A stretch of DNA of 41,554 nt, taken from assembly GCA_001776475.1 (NCBI GenBank), contig MFBQ01000025.1:1-41554 (forward strand), written 5' to 3'. This stretch comes from Candidatus Curtissbacteria bacterium RIFCSPLOWO2_01_FULL_41_18. GTDB lineage: Bacteria; Patescibacteriota; Microgenomatia; Curtissbacterales; GWA2-41-24. Both the position numbers and the translations under genes were made by a program. Positions within the stretch are counted from its first letter, which is position 1, and each line of letters begins with the position of its first letter. The notes below the pieces were generated by a model. It saw only the letters and a list, made by a program, of their open reading frames with translations, was not told the origin of the DNA and did no database searches. Below, one piece after another: positions 33,467 to 41,554 of this stretch.

Positions 33467-33970
33467 ATGGAGAATAGAGTCGAACAGCAGAAAGAAAGCC
33501 TTAACCTAAGAGAAAAGATCTCCCCATTCAAAAACCTTGAGGAAACTAGAAAAGGTAACGGTCTTTACGAATTTTCACTCCCGCTCTTTGGAATAGGAAA
33601 CGTAACCTTTACCGCAGAAGCAGGCGCACTGGGAAATCCAACTAAATTTTTAGTCTCATGCTCACTAAGATTGGCAGCTAGACTAAAGCCAGGTGAAGAG
33701 GAAAGATGGAAAAAATTTATTGAACTGGCAGTAAAAACTCCTCAGAACAAAATGTTGTTTGCCAGTCCCCGGTTGGAAAATTACGATAATGAAACGATGA
33801 TCAGATTTAACAGTTTCAGCTCAGCAGCACAGCAGGCTGAACATTCAAGAACTAAGACACCAGGAACAGCCCCCAATTCTTATATAGCTCATATCAATGA
33901 GCTTCCAGAACTTACTTTCGTATTCGATTCAAAAGCACAAGGCCAAGAAATTCTCATGACTCAAAACTAA
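33467..33970 (+). CDS. Hypothetical protein wedged between gyrB and gyrA
   Basis: ORF of 167 aa starting 3 nt after the gyrB stop and ending 2 nt before the gyrA ATG. No recognisable motif. Confidence 0.6.
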   Translation: MENRVEQQKESLNLREKISPFKNLEETRKGNGLYEFSLPLFGIGNVTFTAEAGALGNPTKFLVSCSLRLAARLKPGEEERWKKFIELAVKTPQNKMLFASPRLENYDNETMIRFNSFSSAAQQAEHSRTKTPGTAPNSYIAHINELPELTFVFDSKAQGQEILMTQN

Positions 33971-33972
33971 CC

Positions 33973-36615
33973 ATGGCAGATATCGGCAAAATCCAACAAG
34001 TTGAAATTACAGAAGAAATGCAAAAGTCCTATTTGGACTATGCAATGTCTGTCATCGTTGCACGCGCTCTTCCGGATGTGCGCGATGGCCTAAAGCCGGT
34101 GCATCGACGAATTATTTATGCAATGCATCGCATGGGCCTATCCCACGCAGCCCATTACACGAAAAGCGCCAAAGTCGTCGGTGAAGTTCTGGGCAAATAC
34201 CACCCTCATGGTGATACCCCAGTTTATGAGGCAATGGTACGCATGGCCCAGGACTTTGCTATGCGCTATCCTTTAGTTGACGGCCAAGGTAACTTTGGCT
34301 CAGTTGATGGAGATTCTCCAGCCGCCATGCGCTATACAGAGGCAAGGCTGGCGGCAATTTCAGAAGCCCTTCTTTACGATTTGGATAAAAACACTGTTGA
34401 TTTTGCAGACAATTTCGATGGAAGCCTAAAAGAACCTGTTTTTTTACCGGCAGTACTACCGAACCTTTTAATAAATGGTGCCTCGGGCATCGCTGTTGGT
34501 ATGGCCACCAATATCCCTCCACATAACTTAGGCGAAATCGTCGATGCAACCATGCACTTAATTGATAAACCAGATGCTTCGGTCGAAGAACTGATGGAAT
34601 TTGTTAAAGGCCCCGACTTTCCAACAGGCGCCCAAATTTATGACATCTCAGAAATCACCGCCGCCTATGCCACCGGGCGAGGTAAAATCATGATGCGCGC
34701 TAAAGCCGACATTGAAGAAACAAAAGGCGGACGTTTCCAAGTTGTAGTTACCGAAATTCCGTATCAGGTCAACAAGGCTAATCTTGTGACCCGCATCGCT
34801 GAACTTGTTAAAGAAAAAAAATTAGATGGCATTGCCGATCTTCGTGATGAATCCGACCGCAAGGGAATGCGTGTTGTTGTCGAACTTAAAAGAGATGCAA
34901 GGCCAAAATCTGTATTGAATAATCTTTACAAACATACCGCTCTGCAACAATCCTTCCCTGTTAACGTTGTCGCCCTAGTCGAAGGCACTCCTCAAACACT
35001 AACCCTCAAAATGATTCTTGAACGGTTTATTTTCCATCGCCAAAATGTCATTACCAGACGCAGTCAGTTTGAACTCGACGAAGCCAAAAAGCGGGCCCAT
35101 ATTTTGGAAGGTCTCAAAATTGCCGTTGACAGTATCGATGCAGTTATCGAAACCATCAAGAAAAGCCAGGATGCGGCGGCGGCCAAAGTTAACCTGATGC
35201 AAAAGTTTAAGTTAACCGAAGTCCAGGCGTTGGCAATTTTGGACATGCAGCTCAAAAGATTGGCTGCCCTTGAGCGCCAAAAGATCGAAGACGAACTGGC
35301 CATGGTTCGTGAGGAAATTGCTTATCTTGAAGACTTGCTTGCCCACCCGGAAAAAATCTTAACAGTCTCCAAAAAAGAACTTTTAAAACTTAAAGAGCGT
35401 TTTGGTGACGAAAGAAGAACCAAAGTTTACAAACAAAAAATTGGTGAGTTTTCAGAAGAAGATTTGATCTCCAACGAACCGACGATCGTTACTATTACCG
35501 TCGGTGGGTACGTTAAAAGGCAAGATATTACCTCCTTCAGAACCCAAAGACGGGGGGGTAAAGGTATCGCCGGCATCACAACTAAAGAAGAGGACACTGT
35601 CGCCCAGTTAATAGCTGCTCAAACACACGATAATCTACTTTTCTTTACCGACCGAGGGCGCGTCTTTCAGCTTAAAGTTTATGATCTTCCGGAATCCTCT
35701 AGAATTTCCAAAGGTGTAGCAATAGTAAATCTTTTGGAACTTCAGCCAAACGAAAAAGTGTTATCCATCTTAAGAGTTAAGAAACAGAAAGATGGCGACA
35801 AAAAAGGCAAATACGTTCTCATGGCCACCAAAAATGGCGTCATTAAAAAGACAAAGATTGCTGCCTATGAGTCAATCAGAAGATCAGGCATTATTGCCAT
35901 TAAACTATCGGGCGGGGATTACCTTCGGTGGGCTAAACTAACAGAAGGAGACGATGTCGTCTTTCTAGTGTCTAAAAAAGGAATGTCTATTAAATTTTCC
36001 GAAAAGGATGTCCGGCCGATGGCCAGAGACACAATGGGAGTTCGCGGTATTAAAATCAAAGCTGGAGATGAGCTTATCGGCATGGATGTAATCGCTAAAG
36101 ACGATGCCAAAGCAGACCTCTTGGTCATAACCGAAAAAGGTATCGGCAAAAAGACCAACATTGTCGCCTGGCCAAATCAGTTGCGAGGCGGCGTTGGCGT
36201 CAAAGCAGCTAGTTTAGCCGAAAAGACTGGCGATATCGTCAACGCTCAAATCTTAACTAAAGAAGATGAAGCATTAATTCTCACTTCGCAAAAAGGCCAA
36301 GTCATGAGAACTACACTCAAATCCGTACCTCGCTTAACCCGTGACACCCAAGGAGTCATTATCATGCGCTTATCCGGTGAAGACAAGGTTGCTGCAGCTA
36401 CCGTTATTCAGAAAAAAAAGGATGAGGAAGAAATTGAAGAAGAAGTGGAAAAAACCGAAACTAGATTGCAAACTCCAAAAACCGCAAGTTTTAAAGTTGC
36501 CAAAAAACCCGTCACCAAAGTAGTTAAAAGAAAAGCATCCAAAGCTATAAAACCTAATGTGCAAAAAAAGCCTAAAGCAAAACAAACTAAAAAACCTGCT
36601 AAGAAAAAGAAATAG
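33973..36615 (+). CDS. gyrA: DNA gyrase subunit A with a Lys-rich C-terminal extension
   Basis: [10 protein letters not shown], active-site region [14 protein letters not shown]-like [17 protein letters not shown], a GyrA-box-like [10 protein letters not shown], and beta-pinwheel repeats. The last 68 aa are acidic and then strongly basic. Confidence 0.97.
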   Translation: MADIGKIQQVEITEEMQKSYLDYAMSVIVARALPDVRDGLKPVHRRIIYAMHRMGLSHAAHYTKSAKVVGEVLGKYHPHGDTPVYEAMVRMAQDFAMRYPLVDGQGNFGSVDGDSPAAMRYTEARLAAISEALLYDLDKNTVDFADNFDGSLKEPVFLPAVLPNLLINGASGIAVGMATNIPPHNLGEIVDATMHLIDKPDASVEELMEFVKGPDFPTGAQIYDISEITAAYATGRGKIMMRAKADIEETKGGRFQVVVTEIPYQVNKANLVTRIAELVKEKKLDGIADLRDESDRKGMRVVVELKRDARPKSVLNNLYKHTALQQSFPVNVVALVEGTPQTLTLKMILERFIFHRQNVITRRSQFELDEAKKRAHILEGLKIAVDSIDAVIETIKKSQDAAAAKVNLMQKFKLTEVQALAILDMQLKRLAALERQKIEDELAMVREEIAYLEDLLAHPEKILTVSKKELLKLKERFGDERRTKVYKQKIGEFSEEDLISNEPTIVTITVGGYVKRQDITSFRTQRRGGKGIAGITTKEEDTVAQLIAAQTHDNLLFFTDRGRVFQLKVYDLPESSRISKGVAIVNLLELQPNEKVLSILRVKKQKDGDKKGKYVLMATKNGVIKKTKIAAYESIRRSGIIAIKLSGGDYLRWAKLTEGDDVVFLVSKKGMSIKFSEKDVRPMARDTMGVRGIKIKAGDELIGMDVIAKDDAKADLLVITEKGIGKKTNIVAWPNQLRGGVGVKAASLAEKTGDIVNAQILTKEDEALILTSQKGQVMRTTLKSVPRLTRDTQGVIIMRLSGEDKVAAATVIQKKKDEEEIEEEVEKTETRLQTPKTASFKVAKKPVTKVVKRKASKAIKPNVQKKPKAKQTKKPAKKKK

Positions 36616-36640
36616 CATGCAATTTTGCCTGAAGTTAACC

Positions 36641-36668
36641 AAAAGAAGCCGTTGGCTTCTTTTTTTTG
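36641..36668 (+). terminator. Rho-independent terminator after gyrA
   Basis: AGAAGCC-gtt-GGCTTCT followed by TTTTTTTT. Confidence 0.75.
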
Positions 36669-36812
36669 AAACCACGGTTGGCCGTGGAAGAGATCCTGAC
36701 CCCACCGCGCTTCGTTTCGAAGGGCACAGCAGCGCTACTACTTTTACTGGCGGGGCCTGCCCGTCGAAGCTTCAGCGTAGACGGGAAGGAAACTGGCGAC
36801 AGGACCCGCGGG
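36669..36812. repeat. Cluster of GC-rich palindromic units in the gyrA-carA spacer
   Basis: Hairpins CCACGG-ttgg-CCGTGG, CTTCG-ttt-CGAAG and CCCGTC-(14 nt)-GACGGG. The segment gacaggacccg resembles the right end of the carB insert at 39911-39921. Confidence 0.5.
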
Positions 36813-36819
36813 TATATTT

Positions 36820-38019
36820 ATGGATGCCAAATTAATTCTTGAGGACGGAACTGTTTTTGCAGGAAAAGCTGCCGGCTATCCTAAGTCTATTTCCGGCGAA
36901 GTTGTATTTGCAACCGGCATGACCGGCTACGATCTTTCACTAACTGACCCTTCATACACAGGCCAAATTCTTACATTTACTTATCCTTTAATTGGCAATT
37001 GGGGAGTCTCACCAAAACAATTTTGGGAATCAGAAAAAATCCAAGTCGCCGGTGTGGTAATAAGTGATTTAACAACTCACCCCAGCCACTGGCAATCGCA
37101 AAAAACTTTAAACGATTGGTTAATAGAAGAAAAAATTCCGGCAATTGTCGGCATAGACACGCGCGCCCTAACCCAAAAACTGAGGGAAAAAGGAGTAATG
37201 CTTGGCAAAATCGTGATAGGCGATCAAGACGTAAAATTCAACGATCCAAACACCAGAAACCTGGTCGCCGAAGTGTCAATAAAAAAAGTGACGGTTCACC
37301 GTCATCCTGGAGTGGCAACAACCACGATAGGATCTAGAAAAGGAAAAGATTCTATCGCGGAGTTTACCCCGAACAAAAAAGAGATCCTTCGCTCCGCTCA
37401 GGATGACAGAAATGAGAGGCTCCAGAATGACAAAGGAAAGATCCACATCGCTCTTCTCAACTGCGGTGCGAAAAACAATATTCTGCGCAATCTCCTTGCG
37501 CAAGGCGTTACGGTTTACGAACTTCCGTGGAATTTTGATCCTTTTGAAAACAATCTACCAATCGACGCTCTTGTAATTTCCAATGGCCCCGGGAATCCTA
37601 AAATAGCTAAAGAGTCAATCGCTATTATCAGAAAAGCACTGAATAGGAAACTTCCAACTTTCGGTATTTGCCTTGGCAACCAGCTCTTGGCGCTTGCTGC
37701 CGGCGGCAACACGTACAAATTAAAATTCGGCCACCGGGCGCAAAACCAGCCGACAATCCAAGTCGAAGACCCTGAGGGAACTCGAAGGGTCAACTCAAAA
37801 AGATGCTACATTACTACCCAAAATCACGGGTTTGCAGTTGATGATAAAAAATTGCCCAAAGGTTTTAAGCGCTGGTTTTACAACGCCAACGACAACACAA
37901 ATGAGGGAATAATCCACGAAAAATTGCCATTTCTTGGCGTCCAATTTCATCCCGAAGCTACCCCTGGCCCCACAGACACCGCCTGGCTCTTCGACTACTT
38001 TTTGCAAAAAATAAAATGA
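36820..38019 (+). CDS. carA: Carbamoyl-phosphate synthase small (glutaminase) subunit with an in-frame repeat insertion
   Basis: N-terminal GEVVFATGMTGYDLSLTDPSYTGQILTFTYPLIGNWGV, and a GATase triad region (FGICLGNQLLALA, VQFHPEA). Confidence 0.93.
   Translation: MDAKLILEDGTVFAGKAAGYPKSISGEVVFATGMTGYDLSLTDPSYTGQILTFTYPLIGNWGVSPKQFWESEKIQVAGVVISDLTTHPSHWQSQKTLNDWLIEEKIPAIVGIDTRALTQKLREKGVMLGKIVIGDQDVKFNDPNTRNLVAEVSIKKVTVHRHPGVATTTIGSRKGKDSIAEFTPNKKEILRSAQDDRNERLQNDKGKIHIALLNCGAKNNILRNLLAQGVTVYELPWNFDPFENNLPIDALVISNGPGNPKIAKESIAIIRKALNRKLPTFGICLGNQLLALAAGGNTYKLKFGHRAQNQPTIQVEDPEGTRRVNSKRCYITTQNHGFAVDDKKLPKGFKRWFYNANDNTNEGIIHEKLPFLGVQFHPEATPGPTDTAWLFDYFLQKIK
37300..37434. mobile_element. Family-A palindromic repeat element (135 nt), in-frame inside carA
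   Basis: Second copy of the 6869-6994 element. By eye it differs by about 8 substitutions and one 9-nt indel. It is read in the same element frame: RHPGVATTTIGSRKGKDSIAEFTPNKKEILRSAQDDRNERLQNDK. Confidence 0.75.
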
Positions 38020-38951
38020 AAAATATCATTATCGCCGGCAGTATAAACATGGACATAGTTGCCCAAATGGATAAGCACCCCGAAAATGGCGAAACAGTAT
38101 TCGGCAAAAAAATATCATTTATTCCAGGTGGCAAGGGAGCAAATCAAGCAAGAGCAATATCAAGACTCGAAGGTAAAGTTGCCCTCGTCGGCAAGGTCGG
38201 CAAAGACCAATTTGGCAAAAGTCTGCTTAGGTCTTTGAATACAGACGGCATTAACACTGGCAACATCAAAATTTCTCAAAATAATACAACAGGTGTGGCT
38301 CTAATCGGGGTTGATAGACAAGCTGAAAATAGGATTATAATAGTTTCCGGCGCAAACTTCGATCTTTCCCCCAAAGATATATCAAAAATAGATCTGCAGA
38401 AGAATACGATTGCGATCTCGCAATTTGAAGTTCCGCAAAATACAATAAAAGCATTTTTCAAAAAAGCGAAAAAGGCGAAGGCGCAAACAATTCTCAATCC
38501 GTCTCCCACAGGAAAAATTCCACCCGACCTTCTTGAACTTGTTGACTACTTAATTGTCAATGAACATGAATTCGCGTACCTATCAAACACTAAAAAGCTT
38601 CAAATAGATTCAGCAAGTCTAGCCAAGAATGCAAACAGAATTGTCGCAATAGACCAAGTAATTATCACCACATTTGGGGCCAAAGGTTCAGTCGCGATTA
38701 AAGGCTCAAAAGTTATAAAAGCTCCGGGATTCAAAGTTAAAGCAGTTGACACCACTGGTGCGGGAGATAGTTTCCTCGGATCCTTCTCTCAAGCTTTAGC
38801 TGAAGGCAGGGATCTTAAAGATGCTTTAACATTTGCAAACGCTGCAGCAGCCCTAAAAGTGACAAAACTTGGTGCATCATCGATGCCGTATCGAAGCGAA
38901 GTAGACAAATTCATCCAGGACAAGATGAGACAAAAAAATCATGGATTCTAA
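38016..38951 (+). CDS. rbsK: Ribokinase (PfkB family)
   Basis: GGKGANQA motif, NxxE-like VNEHE, and DTTGAGDSF anion-hole motif. Its start overlaps the carA stop (ATGA) and its stop overlaps the carB start. Confidence 0.85.
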   Translation: MKNIIIAGSINMDIVAQMDKHPENGETVFGKKISFIPGGKGANQARAISRLEGKVALVGKVGKDQFGKSLLRSLNTDGINTGNIKISQNNTTGVALIGVDRQAENRIIIVSGANFDLSPKDISKIDLQKNTIAISQFEVPQNTIKAFFKKAKKAKAQTILNPSPTGKIPPDLLELVDYLIVNEHEFAYLSNTKKLQIDSASLAKNANRIVAIDQVIITTFGAKGSVAIKGSKVIKAPGFKVKAVDTTGAGDSFLGSFSQALAEGRDLKDALTFANAAAALKVTKLGASSMPYRSEVDKFIQDKMRQKNHGF

Positions 38952-41554
38952 AATCAAAAAGGTTTTGCTTCTTGGTTCCGGCGCCCTGCAAATCGGCCAA
39001 GCAGGTGAATTTGATTACTCCGGCTCGCAGGCAATCAAGGCACTCAAAGAGAAAAACATAGAGGTCGTCCTCATCAATCCCAACATCGCAACTATCCAAA
39101 CATCCCAAAATTTTGCGGACAAAGTCTATTTTTTGCCAATAGACCCCCATTTTGTAGAAGAAGTGATAAAAGCCGAAAAGCCGGACGGCATACTTCTTTC
39201 CTTTGGAGGCCAAACAGCCCTAAACTGCGGGCTTACTTTAAATAAAGCAAAGATTTTGGCAAAACACGGCGTCGAGATTCTCGGAACACCAATTGCAGCA
39301 ATAGAAAAAACCGAAGACAGGAATCTTTTTGCAAAAAGCCTAAAAGAAATTAGCTTATCTATTCCCAAAAGCGTGGCCGTAAACACTTTGCAAAAAGCAA
39401 AAGACGCAGCTAAACAAATCGGCTATCCGGTAATGATCCGCGGCGGCTTTTCACTAGGCGGCCAAGATTCCGGAGTTGCCAGAAACGAGATAGAGCTCGT
39501 AGAAATTGCATCTCGCGCTCTTTCAAAAGTTAAACAGATTTTAATAGAGGAATATCTCTCCGGTTGGAAGGAAATCGAATACGAAGTCGTTCGCGATAAA
39601 TTTGATAACTGCATTACCGTTTGCAATATGGAAAATATTGACCCAATGGGAATCCATACGGGAGAATCCATAGTCGTTGCACCATCCCAAACCCTTAACA
39701 ATTTTGAGTATCATGGCCTTCGCCAAATCGCAATCAAAGTCATTAGATATTTAGGGATAGTCGGGGAGTGCAACATCCAGTTTGCCCTGAACCCACAACC
39801 AAAATCGGGTGGTGTCGACAGAAGGGCTCCCGACAGCGCGCAGTCGACACATCAAAATCAAAATACAGTGCGAAATATCAGTCGACGAGCACTGGCGGGA
39901 GGGAAGTCGACAACAGGACCCGATTTTGACCTGCTCGATTATAGAATAATCGAGGTCAATGCCCGTTTGTCACGCTCCTCCGCACTAGCCTCAAAAGCCA
40001 CAGGCTATCCCTTGGCCTACGTTGCCACCAAACTTGCACTCGGCCAAAGCTTAACTGAAATCAAAAACTCCGTTACCGGCAAGACCATTGCCTGCTTTGA
40101 ACCGGCTCTAGATTATCTGGTCGTCAAAATTCCCAGATGGGATCTGGCTAAATTTGTCAAAAGCGACAGCCTTATCGGCTCCTCCATGCAATCGGTAGGC
40201 GAGGTGATGGCAATCGGGCGCAAATTCGAAGAAGCCTTACAAAAGGCTATTCGCATGCTCGATATCAACATGGAAACTCCCTTGGATGAAAAAGCTCTGC
40301 ATCCCGACTACACAAAGCCAACTCCGTGGCGAATCTTCGCAATAGCACAAGCTCTTAAAAAAGGTGATACTGTTTCAAAAATCGCCAAAACTACCGCAAT
40401 CGACCCATTTTTCCTTTACAAAATTAAAAATATTGCAGATTTTGAAAAAGAACTTAAAAAAGTAAAAGGCATCGATAAAAATCTGCTGATAGAAGCTAAG
40501 CAGCTCGGCTTTTCCGACAAACGACTTGCAACACTTATAAAAACAACCGAAGAGGCAATTAGAGACCTTCGCCAAAAGTTCGACCTCCATCCCGCCATCA
40601 AACAGATCGACACGTTGGCAGCAGAATACCCAGCAGAAACGAATTACCTGTACCTAACATACAACGGGTCATCTGATGATATTGATAAAAAGTCAAATGT
40701 CCCGCCAAAGACGAGGCTCGCTTCTGGCGGCAAAAGTCAAATGTCAAAAGTGATTGTTTTAGGCTCCGGTCCTTACCGCATCGGCTCATCAGTTGAATTC
40801 GACTGGTGCGCAGTAAACGCCGCTCAAACTGCTGCCAAATCGCACCTTTCGCCGATTATCATAAACTGCAATCCGGAAACAGTTTCAACCGATTACGACA
40901 TGGCCGACAAACTCTATTTTGAAGAATTAACCGAAGAAACAATTGCCGAAATTTATCAAAAAGAAAAGCCAGATGGGATCATTGTCTCAATGGGAGGCCA
41001 AACACCCAATAATCTTACTCCACAACTTGCCAAATTAGGTTTAAACATTTTAGGGACAGACCCCGCATCCATCGACAGAGCAGAGGACAGAAGCAAATTT
41101 TCCGACCTTTGCGACGAGTTGAAAATTAACCAGCCTCCCTGGGCAAAACTGTCAAACATAAAAGACGCTGTAGCATTTGCCCGAAAAATCGGCTATCCGG
41201 TTTTGGTCAGACCCTCCTATGTACTCTCGGGAGCGGCCATGAATGTGGCATTTAACTCAGCTGATCTAAAAGAATACCTACAAGCCGCCTCCCAAGTTTC
41301 CAGTGAGTATCCGGTGGTCATCTCTAAGTTTTATCAGGATGCCAAAGAGTTTGAAATAGATGCGGTTGCAAAAAGTGGCCAAATTCTAACTTTTGCCATC
41401 ACCGAGCACATCGAAAATGCCGGGGTACATAGCGGGGATTCCCATGTAGTTTTACCGACGCAAAAACTCAACAAAAAGACAAAAGAAGAAGTCGAAAAAG
41501 TCGCAGCAAAAATTGCCAACGAGCTTAAAATCACCGGCCCGTTTAATATCCAGT
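38941..41554 (+). CDS. carB: Carbamoyl-phosphate synthase large subunit, open at the window end, with two in-frame repeat insertions
   Basis: Absent from the track because the 3' end is open. My translation begins MDSKIKKVLLLGSGALQIGQAGEFDYSGSQAIKALKE. Later blocks include IIEVNARLSRSSALASKATGYPLAYVA, and the second half begins KVIVLGSGPYRIGSSVEFDWC. I checked the frame by hand at 39781-40020 and 40561-40810. Confidence 0.93.
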   Translation, partial: MDSKIKKVLLLGSGALQIGQAGEFDYSGSQAIKALKEKNIEVVLINPNIATIQTSQNFADKVYFLPIDPHFVEEVIKAEKPDGILLSFGGQTALNCGLTLNKAKILAKHGVEILGTPIAAIEKTEDRNLFAKSLKEISLSIPKSVAVNTLQKAKDAAKQIGYPVMIRGGFSLGGQDSGVARNEIELVEIASRALSKVKQILIEEYLSGWKEIEYEVVRDKFDNCITVCNMENIDPMGIHTGESIVVAPSQTLNNFEYHGLRQIAIKVIRYLGIVGECNIQFALNPQPKSGGVDRRAPDSAQSTHQNQNTVRNISRRALAGGKSTTGPDFDLLDYRIIEVNARLSRSSALASKATGYPLAYVATKLALGQSLTEIKNSVTGKTIACFEPALDYLVVKIPRWDLAKFVKSDSLIGSSMQSVGEVMAIGRKFEEALQKAIRMLDINMETPLDEKALHPDYTKPTPWRIFAIAQALKKGDTVSKIAKTTAIDPFFLYKIKNIADFEKELKKVKGIDKNLLIEAKQLGFSDKRLATLIKTTEEAIRDLRQKFDLHPAIKQIDTLAAEYPAETNYLYLTYNGSSDDIDKKSNVPPKTRLASGGKSQMSKVIVLGSGPYRIGSSVEFDWCAVNAAQTAAKSHLSPIIINCNPETVSTDYDMADKLYFEELTEETIAEIYQKEKPDGIIVSMGGQTPNNLTPQLAKLGLNILGTDPASIDRAEDRSKFSDLCDELKINQPPWAKLSNIKDAVAFARKIGYPVLVRPSYVLSGAAMNVAFNSADLKEYLQAASQVSSEYPVVISKFYQDAKEFEIDAVAKSGQILTFAITEHIENAGVHSGDSHVVLPTQKLNKKTKEEVEKVAAKIANELKITGPFNIQ
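39801..39927. mobile_element. Family-C palindromic insert inside carB
   Basis: Terminal inverted repeats are AAAATCGGGT...GTCGAC and GTCGAC...ACCCGATTTT. There are four GTCGAC palindromes inside. It encodes about 40 extra residues (GGVDRRAPDSAQSTHQNQNTVRNISRRALAGGKSTTGPDF) between the conserved FALNP and IIEVNARLSRSS blocks. Confidence 0.65.
40688..40745. repeat. 29-nt hairpin flanked by a 14-nt direct repeat inside carB
   Basis: AAAAGTCAAATGTC (40688-40701), then the hairpin CCGCCAaagacgaggctcgcttcTGGCGG (40702-40730), then c and AAAAGTCAAATGTC (40732-40745). Confidence 0.6.

Noticed and set aside
36370-36835. ORFs 36370-36705 (minus) and 36557-36835 (plus)
   Set aside because: They run through the Lys-codon-rich gyrA tail, the gyrA terminator and the GC-rich repeat block. 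They look like low-complexity or repeat-derived translations.

Overview
This window is a gene-dense, AT-rich bacterial segment. It has housekeeping genes with very short spacers, few Shine-Dalgarno sites, a secretin-less type IV pilus system, several GT-C-like membrane proteins and a 23S-IVS-type four-helix-bundle gene. That content fits a reduced-genome lineage such as CPR/Patescibacteria, but this is inference only.

Gene order:
- Class A PBP, partial at the left edge.
- A prephenate-dehydrogenase-like ACT-domain protein.
- An unknown 382-aa protein translationally coupled to a minimal SET-domain methyltransferase.
- tyrS, a four-helix-bundle gene, recG, rpmF, nusB, an ACP-like gene, rnc, rpsP, a KH-domain gene and trmD.
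- Type IV pilus locus 1 on the minus strand: pilD, four minor pilins, pilM, pilN, pilO.
- Three large GT-C-like membrane proteins (YfhO-like, DUF2723-like, one unassigned).
- Type IV pilus locus 2 on the minus strand: pilB, pilT, pilC, major pilin.
- holB, another polytopic membrane protein, gyrB, an unknown ORF, gyrA, carA, rbsK, and carB (partial at the right edge).

The most unusual signal is not a gene. At least four kinds of short hairpin-forming repeat elements sit inside conserved housekeeping genes without breaking the reading frame: twice in recG, once in carA and twice in carB. Related copies lie in intergenic DNA. This resembles the in-frame Rickettsia palindromic elements.

Other leads:
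- An IVS-like cassette: a four-helix-bundle gene bracketed by inverted GTAC-word arrays, located outside any rRNA.
- Gene-specific tandem word arrays abutting many start codons.
- A promoter, structured RNA and terminator module directly upstream of the unknown/SET operon.
- A roughly 380-nt GC-rich non-coding island between recG and rpmF.
- An unknown ORF wedged between gyrB and gyrA.
- A lysine-rich tail on GyrA.
- A carA-rbsK-carB arrangement with overlapping stop and start codons.

I found no CRISPR array, tRNA or rRNA. All functional calls rest on motifs I read by eye; no database search was possible.
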